A stretch of DNA of 63,527 bases, filler included, from Klebsormidium nitens (Eukaryota; Plantae; Klebsormidiophyceae), in the NCBI GenBank assembly GCA_000708835.1. It is 4 parts of 4 records of this genome, joined end to end, with 100 filler letters (N's around TTAATTAATTAA, not from the genome) between each part and the next. Parts side by side here need not be neighbours in the genome. Positions count along the whole stretch, not along the records: positions 25,199 to 54,259 come from DF237160.1; 3 more parts are not named here. One strand, given 5' to 3'. Each line of letters opens with the position of its first letter. Position 1 is the stretch's first letter. Both the position numbers and the translations under genes were made by a program. This document shows positions 26,407 to 39,000 of this stretch, piece after piece. The notes under the pieces were generated by a model that did not search any database, was not told the origin of the DNA, and saw only the letters and a list, made by a program, of their open reading frames with translations.

Positions 26407-28039
26407 TCATGTGGCAACTTGAGATGGACCGGGACATGCAACCCTTCTTTGGTCAGCTTTTTCAATGCACTTCCTCCCAAAATTGGTCATTGAATTATGC
26501 AAGGCTTGTTTACATTTGCCAATTGTGTCTGCTTTCTCTCTTCTCGCCGCGCTTTCTCTTCCCTCTAGAATCCAACAAAGAGTGGCCGCTTGAAGAAGGC
26601 TTCTCCTCCGACTCACCGGAGGGGACGTCGACCACCGCCTCCGAATCCGCATGGGCAACACAGTGAACGGTGGCCTTTCCCGCAAAGTGAGAGTCCATTG
26701 TGTCATAGAACTTGGACCGGTCGCCCCTATCGTGACCGGACTTAGCATTCTGAGCTTTGTCGAGTTGATAGTCCTTGAGCTCCTTGGCAAACCTCTTCCT
26801 GCAGGACTCGGCATTCTTGTTGAAGTCTGGACAGTTAGCTAGAACCTCGGTGGCCACCCTAGTCCACAAGTCAACGCCCTGCTTGGGCGCATCAAATTGA
26901 GCTTGCATCAAGGCTCGTTGCTCGATGAGCTGATGAATCCACTCGTCCTTCCAAAGGCGGCTTTGAGCTTCCTGCAGAAGCTCCGGATCAATGGCTGGTG
27001 CTTTGTCTGTCTTCTTCTTGGTCGCTGGGGTCTTTGTGCTCTTGCTGCCCGCAGGGCGGCCACGCTTCTTTGTGGTTGGTGCATCCACAGCTTCTGCACA
27101 TGGAAGGCAAAGGATATAAAGCTTGGGGCGTGCAGCTTGCTATGGAGGCCCCATGATTTACGAGTGCCCAAGTCTGGACTTAACCTGAAAAAGGGCAGCC
27201 CGTCCAATAACCTCCTTGGACACCCATTGCATGGAAGTTATTGAAGCTGGCCAAGACCGAGTGCTTGTAAGCAGAACCACTTCGAACGGAGACCCTTCTG
27301 AACAACAGCAATCCTTTCAGGCTTTCTGCACATCCCACATCAGAAGCCTGACACGTGCCTAAGATTGGATTTCTTTGAAGGAGAAACACATCCAGAAAGG
27401 ATCCCCAATGGAATAAAGCGCTCATTTACAACCAGGGGAATCCTTTTGAGCCTGTTTGGACGTCCAACATTAAAAGCCTGATAGCTGCCTCTGGGCATTA
27501 TTGAACACACAACATAGGTACATTCCGAGCTGCTCGTAACATGTCTCCTTTAGGAGACAAGTGATGGAAGACCATTGACCAGGTTGGTCAACAGGACTTG
27601 AATGATGCAGGAAGAAGAAGCGTGCAAATCAGCGAGCACACCCGCCCAAGAACAATGCTTGCTGGCAGCTATACATACCTGGTGTAGCCGTCATCGGTGG
27701 TTGTCCCCCAGGCATTGATGAGGCTTGCACGTGAGGAAGGCCTCCCTGCTCGTACCGCGGAGCATCCGGCCCTGGATTAGCAAATGCAGCGTTTGGAGGA
27801 CCCTGTGGCTGATGCTGGATATTGTGAATGGGACGTTCCCAGTAGCCGTCGCCTTGGTTAGTGGGGTCATACTGCTGTGTTTCAAGGGAATCATATCCAG
27901 GCGCATTCTGCTGCTGCTGAGATATGGTGCTGCCTGGAGCTGGGTGCTGCGTTGGCATACTGTCTGTTGGCAGCGCAAGGTTGCCAAGAAAGCCCCGGTC
28001 AGGCCGGAAGGTGCTTGCTTCGCCCTGGCGCCCCTCCAT
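26407..28039 (-). CDS. AT-hook + Myb/SANT-like (trihelix-type) DNA-binding protein, multi-exon
   Basis: Exon about 26510-27097 encodes KKRGRP (AT-hook) then W-spaced helices LWKDEWIHQLI...LWTRVA...SCRKRFAKELKDY...SKFYDTMDSHF. An upstream Q/P-rich exon lies at 27629-28039. Exact 3' end uncertain. Confidence 0.7.
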
Positions 28040-29099
28040 GGTGACCTAGTTTCTACCTCTACTAAAAGTATCCCCTTCCGGTGAGCCTGAAGGCTGACGA
28101 GCTTCTGCTTTCACCACAGATGTGTCAAGAGCAGTTGTGCTGCCAGTGCAGACTCTGCGGAGTGCACCGTAGCTGGCGCGAAATGTGCCCGCCAACTTGA
28201 GGACCTGGCGCTATGTGAGTGGTCCATCGGACCACATGGGAGGCCGGCACAAAAACAATTTAGTTCGACCCAAGGTGGCACTAGGGTCGAACTTAATTAG
28301 TTGTTGTGCCGCTTACGTCATCAAATTTTATTCGAGTTCCGCCGGCACAACCGCTAGTGGAAGCGCGGTAGAGATGTTCCGATGTAGCCGGAGCCAATCA
28401 GCGAATTTGAAAAAGAAAACCTTGTGCCGTCCGCCGCTAGTGAAACTAGAGCCTTACATAAACGGGCCGCACTTAATTATATCGTTGTGCGCGCAGGCTG
28501 CTCCCTGAACGAGACGTTGTGACTGCGATCCTCGGCGGTTGGGAGGACATTGTCGCATGCTCAGTGGTTCGGGGGCCTGCGGTGAATGTGGGCGAGAGCG
28601 TCAGAATCACAGTTGGTCATTAGTAGGTTTCTACTGGAGGAGCTGTGAACATGCTTGGACGGACGCTTGGACGTATAGCTTGTCCCACTGGTTGGAGAGG
28701 TGAGCGAGAGTATGTTTGTTCTGAATGTTCTCTATGCATCTATAGATAGTGACTATGTATGTACTCTATATGCATTGGACCTAGCCTGCAGAACGATTCA
28801 GCCGAAAGCACTTGGGATATGTATGAGCTCGCATCTCGCTCAAAGATGCCCAGAACTGCCTTAACTGCGGCACTTGATTCGTTGACGTCATCCAAGCTTC
28901 TTGTAAGGCTTGAAGCAAAGCTTCATTTTGGTTCACAAATTTACCCTGACTATCAAACCAAAGCCACCAAGATAAGCAGACTGAGCGCGCTAGAAAGGCA
29001 ACGCTCCGATTGGAAGGCCCAGAATCTCACGTGCGTGCCCTGCGAACTCTTCCAAGACGAGGCGACGGGAATAGCTGATATATCACAAAAAGATTCGGG

Positions 29100-30439
29100 C
29101 TTGCCGGCCCCCATTCCTACTCGCCTCGACCTTTCGCTGCATTGAATTCTCAACTTTGAAAGCGAGGACCCGCAGGGTTTATGAAAGCAGACATGGCAGA
29201 TCAACTGAAGCCCGCAGGTTACCCTGTTCGACACTCAATCTTTCCTCCAGAATCTCGATGCTGGACGAGAGTCCAGCGAATGAACAGGACAGGCTTTCAG
29301 ACGTCAGCTCAGGTCCGCAACCAGGAAACTCGGATACCTAGTCATTTCACAATCAATCGAGCTGACCGCGAGAGCATCATTTGGTTGCGGGGTTCCGTCA
29401 CCTTGGCCCGAGTCTCCTTGGCGCGGTCCGTCCAATGGAGCGTTTCCTGGGTGTCCGCTCAGGTGCTGGTGCGTGGTGGTGCGTGGGGCTGATATTTGCC
29501 ATCATTGCGGTCTGACGCGCCGCCGGCCAGCCAGTTCTGGAAAGACCGTCCTGTTTGTAAACCAGTAGCTTCGATGTTGTATAAAACAAAATTCGTTACA
29601 CGAGTTGTACAACCTCGTCCAAGATCGAGGCAACGTTTTCCACTTCGAACCTAAATGCATTGAAGGCACTGCCGTGGTTTGACCCTTTCAATGGACACTG
29701 GCAGCAATGTGAAGAACGGTCAGGAAATGGACTGGACCTTTCGTCAAATTCCTTCAGGTTTGTTTTGGAACCCATTGACAAAGTCCTGGGTCTAAAAGAA
29801 TCGAAGTTCGCCAGGGGCCGCGGTTCCAACGGACCAAGAAAAGTGAATGCTCAATTGAGATGACAGAGCAAGGGACAAACACAAATCTATGCATAGTGCA
29901 CGGTGTGGAAATCACAGAACAGGAAAACCAAACCTCTGATTGAGGACAGGGCCCGAGCGGGGGCGTTCGAACGGGTATGAACGCTTGGCACGGAAACACA
30001 TCAATAGCCGACCACTAGCAAAACGTTTGGTTTCCAAACGGTCCGGAGAACGAGCACCGAGCAAGCCAGAAAACTTCAGCCCACAGAAATTCTTCATTAG
30101 AAATAAAGGTGCAGCTTCTGTGAGCAGCTTCCGGCGAAATCCTTCCGCCAAACGGTTCAGGCCCCACCTTGAGTCAAGCTCTGACGATGAGCGTGCTGTT
30201 GCCGAAAGGCAGGTGGCCCTTCCCATCGACAAGCGTTGCTTGCAGCTGCGGAGCGCGAGCAGGCTTTCCTTCATGTCCGCGCCCCTCAAGGATGCGCACC
30301 GGGAGCGCGTACGCCGCGGGCGCGCACTTGAGTCCCGGTCAGGTCGATCAGCGACAGCTTGCCAGCGGGGCGCGCGGCCGCCGGTCGGTGGGTGCATTTT
30401 GCGGGCTGCGGTTTTGGCAATAACCTGAGAAAAGGACAC
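29100..30439 (-). CDS. Hypothetical multi-exon gene, unidentified
   Basis: A 175-aa basic ORF (29912-30439) and downstream short splice-flanked segments. No family recognised. Confidence 0.25.
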
Positions 30440-32184
30440 GTGTCAATGTCAAGTGGAGGGAAGGGAAGTTGGCGCGCGGCGGCAGGTCGTGGCGTCGTAC
30501 GTGGTGCACTCGCGACAACAGGCTTGAGTGAAAGGAACGAGTTGCTGGGTAACAAAACCAGCACGTATGCCTTTGACATAAGGGTGTTGCAAAGCACGTG
30601 GATTCGCACTCTTATCAACCTGGAAGGGGAGACGTTTCAAGCTCCTGGTGGAGAAGCGCTCCGTTTATTGCCCTCAATCCTCTGATTATTCAAAGACGTT
30701 TCGATTTGTATACGCAATTGTACATTGACGTTTAGTTTGATTTGGTCCCACCTGCTTTCAGCCCCGCAGCACAAGCGGCCGCCTTGCGCCAGCGCATTCT
30801 TGACAGTTTCGTTGTCACCTCCGCGGAACCTTCATGGATCGCTCCTTGCCTGTCAACGTCTTCTGCTCCAACCTCTCAACGGCTAATGCAAAAACGTCTC
30901 CTCCCTTCCCCTCTGCAGATGGTAAAGCGTTACACTGGAAATTACCGAAAGACGACCGTAATTGAACGTAGATTATGACGCCTTCAGAAAGCCTAAACTT
31001 CTTCAACTCGATCGTGAATGACGCAGTGCCCGCAAGCACTGGGGCCTTTCTTGAATGGACATACGCGAAGACAAGCTCGGATGAGGCCGGACCTTCAGAA
31101 GCGAAAGATTGATTGACTTCCATCATTATCAGAGGGGTCATCCGGTGAAGCGGAACCAGTGGTGGCGGAACAAGCAGGGCAAAACAAATCCGCAATGACA
31201 TTTGCGAGACAGGAAAAGCAAGGAAAAGAAAGACCAAAGCGAAGTGCTTTGAATGGTCGACGAGCGTGACAAGGAAACGAGAGCTGAACAAAAGGATAGG
31301 AACAGCAGCTCCTGAAACAAAAGGATCGTCTGGCCATTACCTGAGCAACAGAGTGTCGTCAGCCTGGGGCGTGTCCCGGCACTCCGCGACCAGCTCGGCC
31401 AACACGTCACCCAGGGTTGCCACGTGGAGGACGCACGCGGCGGCCGCGTGGACGGTTGACGTCAGCGGAGAAAGGCGCGTTCAGGGCGAAGTGACCGTAG
31501 AAGGCGTCGGCCGGAAAGGGAGCCGCCGAGAGGAGCCCGTCGAATAGGAGCTTGTAGCCACATGAGCAGCAACCTGCAAGAAGATAAAGGTTGCGTCACG
31601 CTTTCGAGGTTGGCTCCTTAATTCTGCCGTGTTCTGAGATTTTTGTATCAATTACTGCTGCCTTTGCTTGGTCACTTGCTCGCTCCTCAGTTCCTATTCT
31701 GCGACCTGCGATAGATTGCTTCGTATATCGTGTGCGGGGCAAGGAGATATACCAAGACCGAATGTGTCTTTTAGCAGCTTGTAAATGGATGCGACACAAA
31801 TAAAGAAAAGAGAGAGACCGCCATCGCGCTGGCTACCAAGAAGGCTGCCTATTCCGCAGCCTGCTGAGAAGCGTGTACACCAAAAAAGAGAAGCCGAGAG
31901 CTCCACTGAAAGTTGTGTCCTATTGCCATACGTCCTCACATGTCCAAATTTTAAGCGTCCGCTTTTGGGCGTACGGTGGCGATTTCAGCGTCCGGCAAGT
32001 TTCTCTGTGTTGCATCGGGTCTTGAAGTGTCTTGCAGCGCTTGCAGAGGCCTCTACGCTCGTATTGAAAACCTACTCTAAAGACATCAGATACGAGCCTA
32101 GCAAGCCCACAGAAGCGGATGTGACTGAAGAGGGGCCACCGCGCACTTACGTGCCCGTCCGTTATTCGGGCGTCGGACGGGCCG

Positions 32185-32241
32185 CTTGAGCGTCCGACGG
32201 CGGCCGCCTTGAGCGTCCGACGGCGGCCGCCTTGAGCGTCC
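32185..32241. repeat. 23-bp tandem repeat, about 2.5 copies
   Basis: CTTGAGCGTCCGACGGCGGCCGC units start at 32185, 32208 and 32231 (last partial). Confidence 0.9.
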
Positions 32242-32249
32242 GGCGCGTC

Positions 32250-33040
32250 TTCGTGCCGCACAGCAGCGTCCGCGGGCCCCCATCTCGCTTGACCAGCCGC
32301 AGCTCGTCGATGAAACCCACCATACAAGAGCCTTCGAGGCGGCCCACTCTGTGAAAGAAAGGAGGGGAGCTCAGAGGAAATCAGGGAAACCGCGATTGAG
32401 TGTGAAGGAGCGGAAATCTCTAGAGGTGATGGCGAGATTCAGTGTCCGCAGCGCTCCGCCCGGATTGACCAGCCGCAACAATGATACCCAAGATCATTCA
32501 AGGAGGCCCATAATGTAAGGGGAAAAAAGAGGGAAGCTTAAAGGAAGTCAGAGGAAGTGGAAGTAGGTGCAGAAGCGCGGGACTCTCCAAAGGTTCATGC
32601 GGACTTCAGCGTTTGAGGTGTGCCATCCCGCTCAACCACTTGCAATTCGTCAATAACACCCACGATCGAATGGCCATCGACGCGGCCCATTCTGTAACGA
32701 AAAGGAGGGAAGCTTTGAGAAAGTCGAGGAAACAAGAGTAGGTAAATGAACTTTGCAAGAGGGATGATTTCTAGAAAGTGAGGAATCTCTGGTAAAGAGG
32801 GATTCAGCGTCTGCGGCACGCCACCCTGCTCGTCCAGCCGCAGCTTGTCAACGATACCCACAATTCAATGGCCTTCGAGGGGGCCCTTAGCGTGAGGGAA
32901 GCTTAGAGAAGCTCAGGGGAACAGCAAGCAGGTGCAGAAGCGCGGGACTCTCTAGAGGTTCGAGCGCCCTTCAGCATTCGTGGCGGGCCATCCCGCTCAA
33001 CTAGCCGCAGCATGTCGACAATGCCCACGATCCAACGACC
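32250..33040 (-). repeat. Five degenerate tandem copies of the VGxIDEL-encoding segment
   Basis: Copies at about 32960-33040, 32800-32886, 32600-32690, 32440-32495 (internally deleted) and 32250-32347. Confidence 0.8.
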
Positions 33041-36000
33041 CGGCAAACGGCCAAGGCGACCGGAAGCAGGAAAGCTCAGATAAATTCAGGGCAAGTGCGA
33101 GTAGGTGCCAAAGAGCCCGAAACTTTCAGGCCAAAGCTGCGGGCCAATGATGGCGTTATAAGTTGAGCAACGGGATCGAGCAACTCAACAATTACAAGGA
33201 TGCGTTGCTGCATTTTTATTTTTGTGCTCCACAAGGATCACGTTCCTTATTTTTGAGGAAATGACAGTCGCCTTTCAGATTCCGCTGACGCGCTTGATAC
33301 TTCACTGGGCATTCAATCGAAACGTCGAAACAGTCGATGCACACCGAGTGCTTAACGGGTCATCACCCCCGCCGCCGGTTGCTACAGCTCGGCAGTTACT
33401 AAAATCCAACGAAAGCAATCGTCGACATCTGTCAGGGTGTAGAACCTTTAGAAAAGGGCAAGACTGATGTTTTCTAAACAATCTCGCAGACGAAACATCA
33501 GCAAGAGAACCTTTGAGATGACGCATCAGGATGACGAGTGGGACAATGATGAATACGCTGTAATACAGTCCGCTGGTTCTTGCAAGAAGGCTGCTAAGGG
33601 TAACCCAACTGAATCAGAGCCTTATTTTGAAAGATGATCATCCAAAAAGTCGACCGTATAGGGTCTTCGAGGTCGTCAGTCGCCCCAGCCTACTCGGACA
33701 ATCCACGACTCTTGAGGAAGATTTGAATCGGACAGCAGTCGTGATTTTCAGTCTGCTCACATGCACAGTTCCCGGGTCATCCCCTTGGTCGCCAGCTGGC
33801 GCAGCCCGATGATCACGTTCAGCAGCTTCGGCGCCCAGGCGTCCTCCCCGGTTGTGACCGGAAGTTCCACCCGACTGATCACGTCTCGCTCTAGTTGCTC
33901 GTGTTGGGCGGTCCTGGCCTGCATCATTGGGGTCGCGGCGAGCTTCGCCACCTGTATCAAAACAAGATGAGAATTTGTTGGTTTGGACGCCGTTCTGTTT
34001 CCGTTACAGAAAAGGTGCCACCAGCTAGATCCTGTAAACAGAGCCCAAGAAGCAGCGATCAAAGCTAGGAAATGCATGTGACCCTGAAGGTTAAGAGAAG
34101 AGGCAGCGTCTGTGGAACTCTTCGAAAGTGATGCACTGAGAGGGCACAGGTTCAAGATCCAAACGAGCGTCATGGGGCTCCTTCAATTGTGCCTTGAGTC
34201 TGCCACATTGAAGTTGCTGATACATTGAAGTCCAGCACGCAGGGTGGATCAAGTGGACACGGGGCCATGAAGCTGGATACCCAGCCAATTCTGAAGTGGT
34301 CAGGGGCCCTCTTCTATACAATGTCCTTGGCATCAGACTACCGCGGACACGTCGCAACAGACAACCGCTTAGCAAAAGGGGTCCGACACCAATCGGCCAG
34401 AATGGATGGACTTTCAGCCAACCTTGCAAGACCAGCCTTGCCTGTGAGCACATGAGATAAGAGATGATGTCGAGGAGACAACCCTTTTCTGGACCGTCAC
34501 ATTGGGTTCTGACTGATGTAGGTCCTCGAACGCTTATCAGGAGTACACGTTCCCTTACCAATCTCAGCATCTCAATGCCGGTCCAGCGAAGCTTCCTCAA
34601 AAGTATCTTAGTTTTTGTTGAAGGCACAGTCAACAGCTTACTTTGAGCGCAAGGACTATGACCCCCAGATCCTGGTTGCTCCCCAACATAGTGTGCGTTA
34701 TCCCCGCCCCTGTGGCCCCCATGAGTAAAGACGTAGGCATGGCGTCCCTCCACGGCCACCTCGACCAGGGAGCAGAACTGCGGCGGATGAATTGGAAACG
34801 CAGTATGTACGCTTTCAGGGCCCTGGCTTCAGAAGAATTGTGCATGGCAACGACAAGTACCATTCTTCCCCGAATGGGACTTCTACTTTGGCCACCAATC
34901 TGATGCACCAAACACAATCTTCTCCCGACAGAGCCCCGACAAAGCCCCGATAGAGCCCCAAATGAAAGCTCTCGCCAGGCGTAGCTTGTAGATTCCACTG
35001 TGAGTATCTTCTGAATTGTTGGAAAGAAAGACTTGCATTCATGGTAAGAATGCAAAAAAGTATTTTCAGAGACACAATGCTGTATATCCTGCAGGCTTGA
35101 ACACAATGGGATCCAACCCCTGGGACAAAACAATAAAGTACTAGTGGTGAATATCTTATCAAGAGTCTGATTTGCAATAGCAATCAGCATGTTCATCTTA
35201 TTTGCTTGAGGAATGACGAGCCATTAGCGGCAAGGAGATAAAGAAAGATGCATAAAACTCTGTGCAAGCTCCTTTTAAAGACGACAAGTTTCCGTGAGCT
35301 GTTCTGCACTCACCTGCATCATGAAGAACAGGATTGCCTTCGCATATTTCCCCTGTCTTGTACCTTGCATTCCAGGCAATTTCACTTTGGTTGTAGACCT
35401 GAATAATCCACTAGGTTGATTGGCGCCTTGTGAGTCCTACAGGTGGATCTGCTCTTCTCCCAGGAAAAGCAGGCTTTGCAATCTTGCATGTTCCTCTACC
35501 ACCATTTTGGCACTCTTCCCCTCTTGAGGAAACCTTGGCTTTTGCTGCTGCCGCTTAACAGCAATAACAGATCAAGGACGAGAAGAAAATGCATTCCTAT
35601 GGCACTGCCCCGCACCGCCTATCATCAGCCTAGAAAGGTTTGCGGAAAGCATATGCTAGTTGTGAATATCATATGCTAGCTGGGAAGCTTTGCAACCCTG
35701 GCAAACTTTGCTCTGCTCTGGACTCTCTGGAGCCTGGACAGGCTGGAGGTTGCAGAGCTGAGACAGCAGCGACGCTTGCGGCTTGGCTTTGATGTGCAAG
35801 CTTTGCAGCCAAACCCTAAAATTCAGGGCCTCCATGAAACCCCCAGCGTTGAGCAGGACAGGAGGAGCGTTACGTGCTGCGACGTGAAAGGTCGACCGTG
35901 ACGTCGCTAAGGGGTTTTCAAAACGGGTTGTAACCCTGTGGTTTAGGTGGGTTTAGGTACCTGGTTAGGTAAGGCACTGATACCCGTGACCTGGCTCGAT

Positions 36001-39000
36001 TACCTAGTCTGACCCCAAACCCTGCATGCAAACCCGTGGTGCGCAGTGGCGGCCGCCGCCCACCTGCGCGTGGCGCGGCCGCGCTGCCCGACACCCGGAG
36101 ACCAGGGTCAGCTCCTATTCCGTTAAAGGATGAGCGCTGTGTCCGGATGGGGTCCGAAGCCCCATCCCGACAGATTTGTCGGAGATCGAAGCCGATCCAA
36201 ATAACCTGCGGATGAACGAGTCTGCGTGTGGTGGTGATTGGGCCGCCGTCCAATTGAAAAGCGAGCCACCCGGCACCCCTGAATTCCGGATCCGCTGGAG
36301 CCCGTCGACGTGTGGTCCCTAGCTTTTGACGAGGATCCGGCGGGACGGCGAGCGCTTTTCATGCTAAACTAGCAGCGATGCCGATACGACGCGCAACTCG
36401 CTTGAACCGGTGAGGACAAGGTGAAAATGTATAGACTGCAGAGAGCCCGCGCTGACACTGACGCTGGTGTGGCGCAGGCAAGATTGAAACGAAGTGGCAA
36501 GCGGCGCAGCGTTTCCGCACCAAGCTCTGGAATGGAAGGCCTGAGGACATAGGGAACGCGAAGGGTCAGGATTGGGCTGACCGAAACCAACGAACACTTC
36601 GAGCATAACCGAAGTCAGCTTCGGCGCCGCAGTACTGCCGCCTGCTGGCGCGCCAAAGACAGCGTGGAAGCTGAGCGCCGTGCCGCGAGCAGGCCGAGGG
36701 CGGAGCTCAGAAGATGACGAAGTCAACGATGGGGACGAGAAACGGTGCGGAGCGCTGGCGTGCTCTTGCTACGTTTAACCCCGACCAGGTTCTGGGATCT
36801 ACCCGTCCGTTGAAACGGGGAAGAGAGGGTTTTCACCTTTTGCTTAGGGTGAGGGAGACAAGTTCTCCCCGGCCTGCTCAGGTGGCGGGAGTTTCTCCCC
36901 CGTCCGGCTCCGAGGCAAACTTCGTTCGCTTCGTTCCCACTGCATTGTCGATCCGGGGTAGAATTCCTCCGGCTTACAAGAGAAGATCGCTCCCACAAGA
37001 TTCGCAGAGAGGGAAAAAGTGGTCACTATGCCCAAATGCAAGGGGAAAAAACTTTCAACCCGTCGTCCAACTCCTGTCTTCCCGCTTTAGGGGGGGAGAC
37101 CTGGAAGGCGTGGGGGAAAGTCACTTCCGAGTCCCCCCGTGCGCGAGTTCTCGAGCGCAAGGAGCCCGGAGAAGACAGCTCCCACAGCCTCCCTCGCTGT
37201 CCCCGGGATTGCCTGCGCAAACGGAAAACCTCTAGTTTCTTTTCCAGCCCCTCTGGATCACTGATTTGCCTCAGCCTATCGAGCTCCTCGACCGGTTCCG
37301 AATCCCAAAAGTATCTGAAAGAATGCGTCAGGTAGAGATTTGAGAGCGTGAAAGATTCTGGAGCCTTGGAGTTGCCCGCGTACGGAATTGTGGCAATCGC
37401 ATGTGCGTTCGCGCGAACAAGCAGGAAGGATTTTCCGAAACACTTCAGTGGCGCGGGTTGGTTGGCTGCAAAGGAGTTGTAATACTGTCTCAATCAAAGC
37501 GGGCCGTTTAAGGCTAGGATACCCAGTGCTTGGCGACAACAATTGAATGACAAATCTGAGAAGGCCAGGCCAAACATACAGGAAGCAGATTGGCCTCAAG
37601 CCCTAGTGAACCTGCGGTCCCCCGATCGAAACCCGACATGCACACTGAACAGAACGGCTTACAAAAAGTTCATATGTCAGGACGAGCTTTGGAGAGGGGC
37701 GAGAACAGGCTGGAGATGCGAGACCCTCAATTCGCGAATTGAACGCTTCAACAGGAGGTCCGACAGAAAATTTGCTCAAGGAGAGTGGCGTCGGAGTGAA
37801 TGCAGTCAAGTGCATCCATGTTTTCTATAGCCCGGCGAGTGCAGTATGCTCAGCAGAGAACTAGGTTGTGGCCCCGCCATATCTTGTGGCAGACAAAAGG
37901 GGTCGGAGAGACATGTGGGGCAACCAGATTCTCTCGGCAGGCACAGAACCAGGGGCACGGATGGATCTGGACAGGTCTGCATTTCGAAGAAGGGAATGGC
38001 GGCCGATACGGAAGGAAAGGGCCTGTGTGGGATACGGAACGGAAACGCCTGGTTGGGTTGGAGACAAAAGTTTCTTGCAACATTACGGGACGTGCGAAGC
38101 CCAAACAGACAGCTGAAACTAGAGTTTCGAGTGCAGAATCGGCGACTGGCGGAATTGGGGTCAGGGCCAGGCTGGCGGTCCGGAGGGAAGGGGAGGAGCA
38201 GATTCAGACGTTCCCAACTTCAACGGAAACAAAACCAGAGCAAGCGCCCCGGCAGGCTGATTCAGCCAAGCGGTGAGCGGCTTGCGAGCGGAACCGAAAG
38301 CAAACAAAACGGAAGTGCGCGTATTGCCGCAGGTCATAAAATGTTATTATTCAGCAGAGCATGCACTGCAGTCATTCTGCCCATTTCATGGAGCTTACTG
38401 CCGGAACCGTGCCCCTTCCGGGATTGCTTCCGAGGATCTATTCCGTGGCCAAGTTTCTCGAAAGGTCGCGCCTTGCAGTGCCCCCAATTTTCCGTTCTGA
38501 TCCGCCGGTTCCGTCGGTCTAAGATGACAGCCGGACTTTGTCTTCTCAAACTCCGAAGCGGAAATGTCTGGGAAGAAGGCGGCGAAACGACAGCTGGCAG
38601 CCGCAGCCTGTCTGGTCGACTCTCTTGGCGGCCGGCCCGACAAGGCGGTGCCTGAATAGATATGAAGGCGCTCTTTCCGCCGGCTTCCGGAGGCTTGAGG
38701 CGAATTGGAGCCGTTTGCCGTGCGAACGGCAAGATTCAGGTCCTCTTTACCTCGAAGAGTCGAAGTGTTCGCTGGAGCAACTCTGCCAGGGACCTTTACC
38801 TTTACGCAACCCCCGCGCGCTGCTCGTTAACGTCTTTTAAGTCGTAGCCGCGCATTTTCCTCTAAGCTAGGGAGGGCTGAAGATAAGGTCGAAACGTCTG
38901 CCATCGAGTTGGATGATATGAGTCTTGCGACGACTTCGAGAACTTCGACTTAGAATGCTACTTCATCTTCTATGATACCCGACTCCGTGAACTGCCTGCT

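Larger units (their letters stand above)
31310..33951 (-). pseudogene. EXO5: Exonuclease V (EXO5-like, PD-(D/E)XK) pseudogene with internal duplications
   Basis: Exon 33761-33951 QHEQLERDVISRVELPVTTGEDAWAPKLLNVIIGLRQLATKGMTREL, then GRWIVGIVDML / VGFIDEL, KTRRTLK..PPSDAQ, YKLLFD and TLGDVL...ADDTLLL. These follow the order recalled for plant EXO5. Frameshifts and stops are present. Confidence 0.75.

Noticed and set aside
37846-38655. 269-aa plus-strand ORF
   Set aside because: Low-information R/G/S-rich composition and no recognisable domain; likely a chance or shadow frame.
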